From the NCBI GenBank assembly GCA_965602015.1, contig OZ271918.1, positions 3,616,001 to 3,680,000 of the forward strand: a stretch of 64,000 bases of DNA, written 5' to 3'. A model generated the notes under the pieces. It searched no databases. It was given only the letters and a program-made list of their open reading frames with translations, and was not told where the DNA came from. This DNA comes from Salinispira sp. (GTDB lineage: Bacteria; Spirochaetota; Spirochaetia; DSM-27196; Salinispiraceae). Positions 28,257 to 35,926 of this stretch are shown here, one piece after another. Positions within the stretch are counted from its first letter, which is position 1; the number at the start of each line of letters is the position of its first letter. The translations under genes and the position numbers were made by a program.

Positions 28257-29243
28257 TCAGGCTGCCAATAGCGGAAAGTTTTCCGGTTTTTCATCCTCCG
28301 CTGCTCCTGAGAGCAGGGAGGCATTGGGGATGAGAAGTGTCTTCACCAGGTGTTCAGCCAAGGTCTGGATAGCAAGGGGAAGAACCGAATTTCCGAGCCT
28401 GGCATGGATGGCCGAGTCAGAACCGATGAACTTGAACTCAGGCGGGAAGGTGCTCAAGATTCGCAGCTCTTCGATGGTGGGTTTGCGGGGTATCCCGTTC
28501 TGGAAAACCTGCAAACCCTGGCTCTTGGTTATGGTTGGACAGGGTTTTGAGCCTGGAATGATAGCTTTTGAAAACTGACCCAACTTCGTAGCTTCAAGCC
28601 ACGGGCAGGCATCAGTGAGGGAGACTACCTTATCGACAGGTTTGGGTATGGTGATCTCTCCCACAAGATCAGCCCGCTTACCGAGAATCCAGAGGCGGGG
28701 CCTGAGTTGTGGCGCTCCATAATCTGAAGCGTTCAGCTTGAAGACTTTCAATTCATACCCAGTAGCTCGAAGTGCCTGGACCATATCGTAGAGGGCAGAT
28801 TTCATTATGCCTTGGGAAAGTCCGACCACGTTCTCTCCCATAACCAGAGCCGGTTTTACTGCTTCAATATGACGGAGGCTTTCATAGAAGAAGTCGTTCT
28901 TCTCGTCCTCCAAGGACCGCTTGGTGTTGGCCATGGAAAACGACTGGCAGGGGAAGGACGTTTGGAAGATGCTGAGTTGGCCAGTTTGCAGCTTGATGGT
29001 GTCGAGTACTTCCTGAGTAGATACATCCCTGATGTCCTTGTTCAGAATCTGCCCTCGTTCATACAGGTCGGGAAAGTTGGCTACCAGATGCTGGTATGCA
29101 TTTTGCTTCTTATCGAAGGGGTCATACTCAAGGGCCATGACGCAGCGAGGATTCACTCCGGGTACTAAGATTTGAGAGAGGCCAAGCGAAGAACCTCCGA
29201 GGCCTGAAAATTCAGTCAGGTATGTAAGGTCGATATTTTCCAT
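28257..29243 (-). CDS. Orphan DNA (cytosine-5) methyltransferase with ssrA-like tail
   Basis: FSGLGG, FPCQSFS, ENV, PQLRPR, LGNSV; ends AAEDEKPENFPLLAA. Confidence 0.95.
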   Translation of the reverse strand: MENIDLTYLTEFSGLGGSSLGLSQILVPGVNPRCVMALEYDPFDKKQNAYQHLVANFPDLYERGQILNKDIRDVSTQEVLDTIKLQTGQLSIFQTSFPCQSFSMANTKRSLEDEKNDFFYESLRHIEAVKPALVMGENVVGLSQGIMKSALYDMVQALRATGYELKVFKLNASDYGAPQLRPRLWILGKRADLVGEITIPKPVDKVVSLTDACPWLEATKLGQFSKAIIPGSKPCPTITKSQGLQVFQNGIPRKPTIEELRILSTFPPEFKFIGSDSAIHARLGNSVLPLAIQTLAEHLVKTLLIPNASLLSGAAEDEKPENFPLLAA

Positions 29244-29428
29244 AACACACTCCTTTCAATTGGTTTCAGGTATATGAACGAAACTTCTCTCTTCCCCGCT
29301 TGGGAGAAAGCAAGCCATCTCGTTCCTGACGGTTGTATGAACGAAAAAAAGGAGCTCTTCTCAAAAAAGTTTTTACAAATATGAAGCAGGAAGCATTTTC
29401 TTCTGGTGTATAGGGTGGAGGTACTGCA

Positions 29429-29599
29429 ATGACAAAGCACGAAATCTATCTGGAGGTGGTTGATATTATGATTATCAATCTGGGGTGGGATGAGGTATCG
29501 GTACCTGAATTTGGAGAGGTGGTAATCGACATTTATCAGCTGTTGAGAACAGAGGACTGGACCGAACTGACGAGGTTCATCCCAGAGGTGTTCAATTGA
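29429..29599 (+). CDS. 56-aa acidic micro-protein (not in ORF track)
   Basis: GGAGG 29417-29421; MTKHEIYLEVVDIMIINLGWDEVSVPEFGEVVIDIYQLLRTEDWTELTRFIPEVFN*. Confidence 0.6.
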   Translation: MTKHEIYLEVVDIMIINLGWDEVSVPEFGEVVIDIYQLLRTEDWTELTRFIPEVFN

Positions 29600-29630
29600 G
29601 GGAAGGTGTTATTTCATACCCGGAAGGATA

Positions 29631-29879
29631 ACGAATTCCCCTCGGATGAACCTCGGCTGACTGGGATGGATATAGGATGTAGTCTCAGATGTTAAATCGC
29701 TCCATCTGGAAGGTGTGAATTTACACATTCAAACCTGAAATTCACAATAAGCTCCAGGTTCTTCCCGGTCGCATCCGCTTAGCCAGAGGGATATGCAGAT
29801 GCTCCTCTTTGACACGAATTCATCTGGGTTGAACCTCGGAGACCTGGGATGGATTGGGAGACGATGCCAGATATAAAAA
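29631..29879. repeat. Degenerate intergenic direct repeat, 183-bp offset
   Basis: ACGAATTC..CT.GG.TGAACCTCGG....CTGGGATGGAT at 29631 and 29814. Confidence 0.7.
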
Positions 29880-29907
29880 ATGCCTCCCAGTTAGGGAGGC
29901 AGATGAT

Positions 29908-30366
29908 TTACGCAGGAATGACAACCTCATAGATGATATTCTTAAACTCAGGGAAATCCAGTTGGACGATGGTGTTGCCATCATCATCCTTGAAGTGCCG
30001 TTTATAGTACATCGAATCGATGTCCACTTCAGCATTCTCAAGTTTCTTGAGAGCACGCTTTTCTCGCGCTTCCTCAAGCCACTCTTCATCACCGATTTCA
30101 TACCGGCGAAGCCAATTATCGGCAGTTCTTACCCGGTCCTCACCGAGGACCTGTTCAACCCAGGCTTTCCAGGTCTTGTTGTTGCCATGGGGTCGACCTC
30201 TCCTGCTCAGCTGGCGTTTTGCCTGATACATCTCTTCCAGTAGCTCACGGCTGACCTTGCGGTAGCTTCCAACCCAGATCCCCCGAACCTTGGCTACCGA
30301 AGTATCCCAATCCCATGAAGATTTCTCTTCATCCGTCAGCTGAGTGTTTACAGTGATATCACTCAT
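29908..30366 (-). CDS. Hypothetical HTH-like (DUF3102-like) protein, paralog of 30437-30907
   Basis: TWKAWVEQVL...RTADNWLRRY; AGGAGG RBS; terminator 29875-29901. Confidence 0.75.
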   Translation of the reverse strand: MSDITVNTQLTDEEKSSWDWDTSVAKVRGIWVGSYRKVSRELLEEMYQAKRQLSRRGRPHGNNKTWKAWVEQVLGEDRVRTADNWLRRYEIGDEEWLEEAREKRALKKLENAEVDIDSMYYKRHFKDDDGNTIVQLDFPEFKNIIYEVVIPA

Positions 30367-30436
30367 ACAACCTCCTGTAGGTTAAATAGAAATGTTTCGG
30401 TTTTCCCCTCCCCTCGTCGGGGGAGGGTGGTGAAAA

Positions 30437-30907
30437 TTAAGCTGCAGGGATGACAATCTCCCTGAACTTATCCAGCGGCGCTACATAGACCTTGAGACGA
30501 GTATCCTCGTTCTCGAGTTCCTGATGTTCCACATACCTGACGACTTTGGGGTCACGGATGATACGAAAAGTCACATGAGGAGGTTTGATATACCCTTCCT
30601 CGGTGTAGCGGCGAAGGTAGTTATCTACCGTTTTAAGACATGGACCTCCTACCTCTTCCAGGCTGACCTTTACAAATTCTGCCCAAGTGTGTTCACCTTT
30701 CTTGGCTCTTCCAGCGGATCTGGAAAAATTGTCTGTGAGCACCTTCTTGGCTAAGTACAGTTTCCGAAGTAACTCTTCGGAAAGATTTTTCCAGTTGAGG
30801 TAGAGTCCTCGCGCCGTTCTTACACTTGTCCAGAACTCCCAGTTGGGATCAAGTTTGGTTTTGATCTGCAACGCATCCGGCCGGATTTCCTGTAGTGCTT
30901 GTTCCAT
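30437..30907 (-). CDS. Hypothetical HTH-like (DUF3102-like) protein ending -IPAA
   Basis: TWAEFVKVSL...KTVDNYLRRY; GGAGG RBS before ATG 30907. Confidence 0.75.
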   Translation of the reverse strand: MEQALQEIRPDALQIKTKLDPNWEFWTSVRTARGLYLNWKNLSEELLRKLYLAKKVLTDNFSRSAGRAKKGEHTWAEFVKVSLEEVGGPCLKTVDNYLRRYTEEGYIKPPHVTFRIIRDPKVVRYVEHQELENEDTRLKVYVAPLDKFREIVIPAA

Positions 30908-31006
30908 AAGCACCTCCCTGATTCTTTGTGATAGATAGAACGATGGAACTCGGTGTGATCCCCAAAAAAAGGTGAAAAAAATCTTAACCGGATTTATACT
31001 CAAAAT

Positions 31007-31753
31007 ATGAGTAATGAACGACTAACGAAACTTATACCTGTAAAAACTGCTGTAGGATTGTGGGGGAAAACGAGCATCATTGTAGATGTTGGCAAAATCT
31101 GGAAGATTTTTGACAAGATTGCTAAGGGAACAGCTCTTAGCCCGGATGATATTGCTGAACTCTTTGATTTTTTTCTATCAATCGGGATTGTTGTGAATCG
31201 AAGCATTTATCCTGATAAGGCGGTTATTTATAATCCTAAAACCGGGACAATGACAAACGATCATCAAATCGATGAACTCATGCTTGCCATAGAATGCGTT
31301 TTCAAGTTTTATACTTCCGATCCGCAAATACGGGTCATTGATTATTTCCCTACTGAGCCGTCAGATGAATCAATGAAGCGGCGATTTTATGCTCACGTCC
31401 GGACAAAATTGAGGAACTGTTGGATAGATGTCCTCAGGAAAATGAAAAACGATTCATTGGATCGAATCTTGGAAAAACTAAATGAATCGTTCTCAGATGG
31501 TGAGGATGGTCTCAAGCGGAAACATGAGGTTGCACAGGAAGCAGGGTTGATGATTTCCGCCAAACCTGTCGGGGATGTATCAGAAAAATCAGATGAATTA
31601 GTGATCTACACTGAGATAGATTTTGAAACTGAAGAAATCTATAAGCTCTTCAATCAGAAATATCGGGAGATAAAAGATGGTCTTAAAAGTGAAATATATG
31701 CGCTTGAGAACAAGGGAAAACCTGGTGAGAAGTATTCGGGCCTAATTGGGTAG
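31007..31753 (+). CDS. Putative sigma-70 region-2-only (ECF-like) factor
   Basis: DDIAELFDFFLSIG (2.1), DELMLAIECVFKF (2.2), FYAHVRTKLRNCWIDVLRK (2.3-2.4), SLD; no region-4 HTH evident; terminator 31775-31801. Confidence 0.6.
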   Translation: MSNERLTKLIPVKTAVGLWGKTSIIVDVGKIWKIFDKIAKGTALSPDDIAELFDFFLSIGIVVNRSIYPDKAVIYNPKTGTMTNDHQIDELMLAIECVFKFYTSDPQIRVIDYFPTEPSDESMKRRFYAHVRTKLRNCWIDVLRKMKNDSLDRILEKLNESFSDGEDGLKRKHEVAQEAGLMISAKPVGDVSEKSDELVIYTEIDFETEEIYKLFNQKYREIKDGLKSEIYALENKGKPGEKYSGLIG

Positions 31754-31876
31754 TATCCCTCAGTATTTCAATATGCGCTCTCCAGTTGGAGGGCGTTTTT
31801 TATTTGTCCGGTCGTTCGGACAGGTTAAGCGGAAAGATTTCCATTATCCAGAAGTTGTCCAGACGTCTGGACACTT

Positions 31877-32158
31877 TTACTGCATGTGGGCTGGTATATC
31901 CGAATCAGTCATCTTCAACCATTCTTGGATGGTGGAGCGGTTCCAGCGCTTTTTGCCACAGACAAGTGCGTCAGCTTTACCAAAGCTTGGTTGATATTTG
32001 GGTTTGGCATAGAGAGTGCTCTTATTCACCCCCTTCAGCCTGCAAGCCTGTTCCAAGTCATACCATTCCTGGTCAAGACGAACAGAGTCGGAAATCAACT
32101 CCTTCAATTCTTGTATCTGTTGCTTCAATTCCGTTATTTCTGGGATGGATAGTTCCAT
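31877..32158 (-). CDS. Excisionase/AlpA-like HTH protein
   Basis: WYDLEQACRLKGVNKSTLY...KRWNRSTIQEWL; directly downstream of integrase; GAGGAGG RBS. Confidence 0.75.
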   Translation of the reverse strand: MELSIPEITELKQQIQELKELISDSVRLDQEWYDLEQACRLKGVNKSTLYAKPKYQPSFGKADALVCGKKRWNRSTIQEWLKMTDSDIPAHMQ

Positions 32159-32190
32159 GTGCACCTCCTCAGGCGCACATAACTATGCTT

Positions 32191-33333
32191 TTACTTCCCC
32201 CAGATTGAATCAATCTTCTCCTGAAACTGCTCTGTTGCCTTCAGTTCCTGGCGAAGAAGGGGGTGGTAATAATGCTTGCTCATCTGTTCAGTGCTGTGAC
32301 CTGTGAATTTGCGTACTAATTCCGAGGGTAGAACCGAGAGCATGTAGGAATTGAAGGTGTGACGGAGAGAGTGGGGGACATGATTTTTCCCACCCTTAAT
32401 CTTTGCTCGCTCTAAACCCTTTTTGAAATTATCGAGGATGGTGCCGCGGTCAATGGATCGTTTGGTGTCTTTGCCATAGAAGATGACATCATCTTCTTCT
32501 GTAGCCAGAGATTCAGTCCTCCATGCCCTCAACAGTTCGATTGTACGACCGGGTATGCGGACAAACTTTTCCTTATTTTCTTTGACCGTACCAACAGCCC
32601 CAGAGTTTTTAACAGCCTTGGTAATCAGGAGTCCGGAGTCCTCCCAGAGTACATCACTCCATCTCAAGGCTCTGACTTCACCGGAACGCATACCAGAGGA
32701 AACGAGCAAAAACATGAGGGTGTGATATTTCTGAGTCTTCCAAATCTTCAACGCCCTCTGGTTATCCAATGGGAAGAGCTTCTTCATATCTTCGACAGAC
32801 AGTGAATCTCGAGGTTTGTCTGCAATCTTTGCCAGAGTCTCAACCTGCTGGAGGGGATTGAGATTGATTTTCTTATCCCGGACAGCTTCATTCAGAATCT
32901 GCTTCATAACAATTGTTATGCCGTTCTTTGTGCTGTTGGCCAGATTAAGAGTAAGCCTCCAGTCCTCGAACATGACTGGAGTAATCTCATCCAGAGGTAC
33001 ATCTTTAAACTTCGGGAGCAGATAATTGCTGAGCTGACCCCTTTTCACTTTCAGCATGTCGTCTGAGAAGGTCTTGTTGGAGCTCTTCTTTCGCAGAGTC
33101 AGCTTACATATCGATGTGAAGAAGCCAGCTGCATAATTGCCGAAGGTGGTGACTGTTGCCATCTCCTCCAGAGCTAGCTTGTATGCTTCTTTGGCAATTC
33201 GCTCAGCTTCATATTTCACTCTCGTTCTTGTTGAGATTTCAGACCTCTTTGAATCAGTCGAAAGTACATACCTCCAGTATTTATGGTGGCTGTTTGGTTT
33301 CTTTAATTTATAGGGGAGTTTGTGTCTGCCCAT
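32191..33333 (-). CDS. Site-specific tyrosine integrase
   Basis: SGMRSGEVRAL, HSLRHT, TGHSTEQMSKHY; N-terminal arm-binding-like region; near tRNA 3' end. Confidence 0.95.
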   Translation of the reverse strand: MGRHKLPYKLKKPNSHHKYWRYVLSTDSKRSEISTRTRVKYEAERIAKEAYKLALEEMATVTTFGNYAAGFFTSICKLTLRKKSSNKTFSDDMLKVKRGQLSNYLLPKFKDVPLDEITPVMFEDWRLTLNLANSTKNGITIVMKQILNEAVRDKKINLNPLQQVETLAKIADKPRDSLSVEDMKKLFPLDNQRALKIWKTQKYHTLMFLLVSSGMRSGEVRALRWSDVLWEDSGLLITKAVKNSGAVGTVKENKEKFVRIPGRTIELLRAWRTESLATEEDDVIFYGKDTKRSIDRGTILDNFKKGLERAKIKGGKNHVPHSLRHTFNSYMLSVLPSELVRKFTGHSTEQMSKHYYHPLLRQELKATEQFQEKIDSIWGK

Positions 33334-33336
33334 ACT

Positions 33337-33702
33337 CCGCTCCTTTTTTGGCATCAGATTATGCAACTAACTATGCTTTTCGGGAGCTGGGATTTTGTAA
33401 ATGTTTCTACATACCAGGACAGGCCGGTATTGGGATCGGGGATTATCGTTGTGAATGTTGTGGGGGAGCTGCCAATGGCGTTCTGATGTCTCCAGTTAAA
33501 ACAATCCATGATAGGGTACTTGAGTACCCCATACAAGTGTTTCATAAATATCAGTTATTTGCGCCCGGGAGAAATAATTCCATTAAATGCCTTCATAACC
33601 TGCTTCGATGAACTTTCCGACGGCAGCACCGCTCCTTTTATTAGCATCAGATTATGCAACTAACTATGCTTTTCGGGAGCGGGGAATGTGGAAATGTTTC
33701 TA
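33337..33702. repeat. Duplication of the integrase promoter/RBS region (293-bp offset)
   Basis: 37-bp identical core GCATCAGATTATGCAACTAACTATGCTTTTCGGGAGC at 33351-33387 and 33644-33680. Confidence 0.9.
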
Positions 33703-33785
33703 TAAACTGAGACGATCCGGGGAGATTGCAGTGGTGAATGCTGTGCTCCAGTTAGTTGTGCTTTTGTGGGTGATGCCCTCGGGGC

Positions 33786-34244
33786 CTACTGGTATTCAAA
33801 GTGGCCAGCATCCCTGTGGATTTGTAGGATTTCACGAATGGATTTCTCGAAATCCGATCGAGCATGTGGCCGTTCGCGCATTATATAGTTGATGATTCCT
33901 TGGTGCGTCTCATGGAATATGCCGCTCAGGTTTTTTGCCACCGTAGCCTTGTATCTATCCCTATCGAATGCCCGGCTGTGTTCCGTCGGGATGAAATCTC
34001 TGTACACTCTTTCTGTGACAATCCTCAAGTCGATTTTTCGCGAACGCCTCCATTTCTTGAGCTGCTTGATGCTTGCTAACGAGAAGAAGTGATTGTAATG
34101 AATGTACAGTACGATGAACTTTGCTTGCGTATTGTAGCTGATGATCTTATCGATAGTTTCCAGATAAACGTCTTCCGGAAACTCATCGAGAAAGGATATG
34201 CACAGTATTCCGGGATCTGTCTCTATGGTTCTAATGACGTACAT
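33786..34244 (-). CDS. Hypothetical protein
   Basis: 152-aa ORF 2 bp downstream of the SMI1 gene. Confidence 0.6.
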   Translation of the reverse strand: MYVIRTIETDPGILCISFLDEFPEDVYLETIDKIISYNTQAKFIVLYIHYNHFFSLASIKQLKKWRRSRKIDLRIVTERVYRDFIPTEHSRAFDRDRYKATVAKNLSGIFHETHQGIINYIMRERPHARSDFEKSIREILQIHRDAGHFEYQ

Positions 34245-34246
34245 TC

Positions 34247-34906
34247 CTACCCACTCAGTTGCTGGCCAAAGAGGAAGTCAGACCATTCTTTGTGAACACT
34301 CTGATCCATTTTTAATCGACTGCTGTCTTCGTTGTAGAATATGTGCCATCCGCTTCCGGGACAGCCTACTTCGGTCCATGAAGTTATAAACTCAGTGAAG
34401 CTCCGTGCTATCGTTTTGCCGCTCAGCGAGTTGACACTATATGCGTAGTGGCTATTTTCGACTAGATTGACGGAACCATTCTCCACACTAAAGCAGCAGT
34501 AGTATTTGTCGAAATATCCAAATGGAAATTCGATATCAAGCTTTGGCATGATGTCATCATTATGTCGATAGCCCAAGTGCAATTTTGAGAGACTAGCTGT
34601 AGACCATATTGGACGGGATCCTCCGTAGCTGATTTCCGAAAACTGGCCCGGAGGGTCCTCTCCGTCTATGACGTAGGAGAAGATGACTTCTGATGCATAC
34701 TCGGTAACTATTGTCCGGTAGTCATCTGGCAAATGAATGTTGAGTTCCTCTTCAATGGATGTCAACTCAGCAGGGGTGATCGGAGGCCTGATTTGCAACT
34801 CGTTGTAATCCCAGTCTCGCTCAGCTGCAATTTCAACGATTAAGTTCCATGAATCGATCCATGTCTCCCAAATTCTGTCTGTCATCATGTGCCAATTGTC
34901 CCCCAC
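34247..34906 (-). CDS. SMI1/KNR4 (SUKH) family immunity-like protein
   Basis: PPIT..EL..IEEELNIHLPDDYR; IARSFTEFI. Confidence 0.8.
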   Translation of the reverse strand: MGDNWHMMTDRIWETWIDSWNLIVEIAAERDWDYNELQIRPPITPAELTSIEEELNIHLPDDYRTIVTEYASEVIFSYVIDGEDPPGQFSEISYGGSRPIWSTASLSKLHLGYRHNDDIMPKLDIEFPFGYFDKYYCCFSVENGSVNLVENSHYAYSVNSLSGKTIARSFTEFITSWTEVGCPGSGWHIFYNEDSSRLKMDQSVHKEWSDFLFGQQLSG

Positions 34907-35130
34907 TGCATACCACCAAATGCGTTGGCTATTGAGTCTAAACTCTTTGATGCTATCAAGCAGTCACTGTGTATTCCACAACAGAGAGACTGTCTACTTT
35001 TAACCGAGCAGGCACTTCGGATTAAACAATATCATGTACCCTTCTCAGCAACCATCGAGTTTTTCGGTCAGTCCTTCAGACTTCCAGACCTTTGAAGATC
35101 CACATTCAAAAGCATAATTATAAACCAAAA

Positions 35131-35165
35131 GGCGTCAATACTGGCGTCAGTCATCCTTTGACGCC
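35131..35165. repeat. Candidate integrase arm-type sites near att
   Basis: GGCGTCA at 35131 and 35143, inverted TGACGCC at 35159. Confidence 0.55.
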
Positions 35166-35168
35166 AAT

Positions 35169-35202
35169 AAAAAAGGAGCTTGGCCATTTGACCAAGCTCC
35201 TT
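35169..35202 (-). terminator. Terminator of the tRNA transcript
   Basis: AAGGAGCTTGG...CCAAGCTCCTT stem with T-tract on minus strand. Confidence 0.8.
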
Positions 35203-35229
35203 ATCTCTTCCCCATTAATGGTTTACTGA

Positions 35230-35313
35230 TGCCCAGAAGAGGACTTGAACCTCCACGGGGTTGCCCCCACTAGAACCTGAATCTAGCGCGTCTACCAATT
35301 CCGCCACCTGGGC
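35230..35313 (-). tRNA. tRNA-Leu(CAG), 84 nt, CCA not encoded
   Basis: GCCCAGG acceptor, GGCGGAATTGGTAGACGCG D-arm, CTAGA-TTCAGGT-TCTAG anticodon arm, long variable arm, GGTTCAAGTCC. Confidence 0.98.
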
Positions 35314-35327
35314 TGGTGTGGTGTCAG

Positions 35328-35356
35328 AATATATCCGGTCGCATTTGATGTGTCAA
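35328..35356 (-). promoter_or_regulatory. Sigma-70 promoter of tRNA-Leu
   Basis: TTGACA-N17-TATATT. Confidence 0.75.
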
Positions 35357-35359
35357 GTA

Positions 35360-35908
35360 TCATTGATAATCCACCGTGTAGTGAGATTTTACCAGACCTG
35401 ATTTATATTCAACGCTTTGTCGAAGAGACAGCTGTGCTCCGGTGCGCAGCTTGCCGAACAGGGGGATTCCACTGCCGAGCAAGACGGGAACGGTGGAGAT
35501 TATCATTTCATTGAGCAGAGCCGCATCGATAAATCGGCAGATTGTCTGACCGCCGTCAATGTACACTGACGAATGGACGCGGTTTTGCAGCTGCTCCAGT
35601 ATTTCCTTCGGGCTTCCGCTCAGGAATGAGGCGGCACCGGGGTTCTTGTCCTCGGGCGGCTCTGCCCGATAGGCTGTGTGGGAACTGAGTACATAGACGG
35701 GCAGGGCATAGGGCCATTCGCCGAAGCTGAGAACTTTTTCATAGCTGTGCCTGCCCATCGCAATGCAATCTACCGTCGAAATGAAGTCAGCCCATCCGTA
35801 ATCGCCGTCCTGGTCATGATGGTCGATTTCATCGAGCCAGGCGATATCACCATCGGGTCGGGCGATGTAGCCGTCAAGGCTTTGGGCTATATAGGCGATG
35901 CATTTCAT
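35360..35908 (-). CDS. Dihydrofolate reductase / RibD C-terminal family protein
   Basis: IAQSLDGYIA, MGRHSYE, YIDGG, PVLLGSGIPLF. Confidence 0.9.
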   Translation of the reverse strand: MKCIAYIAQSLDGYIARPDGDIAWLDEIDHHDQDGDYGWADFISTVDCIAMGRHSYEKVLSFGEWPYALPVYVLSSHTAYRAEPPEDKNPGAASFLSGSPKEILEQLQNRVHSSVYIDGGQTICRFIDAALLNEMIISTVPVLLGSGIPLFGKLRTGAQLSLRQSVEYKSGLVKSHYTVDYQ

Positions 35909-35926
35909 AGTTTGATTATGCCCCGC

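Larger units (their letters stand above)
25342..29346 (-). promoter_or_regulatory. Six intergenic copies of the TTTCGTTCATATA motif
   Basis: 25342-25354, 26607-26619, 27240-27252, 28232-28244, 29271-29283, 29334-29346. Confidence 0.8.
2371..35240. mobile_element. Integrative element / genomic island at tRNA-Leu (left boundary tentative)
   Basis: Integrase+xis near tRNA 3' end, rep, parA, lower GC; TGCCCAGAAGA at 2371-2381 and 35230-35240. Confidence 0.75.

Noticed and set aside
21871..33333. Intact prophage
   Set aside because: No terminase, portal, capsid, tail or lysis genes recognised
21825..33673. AAAAGCATAGTTA as the host LexA box
   Set aside because: Non-palindromic and not seen upstream of lexA or uvrC in this window; cannot be fully excluded
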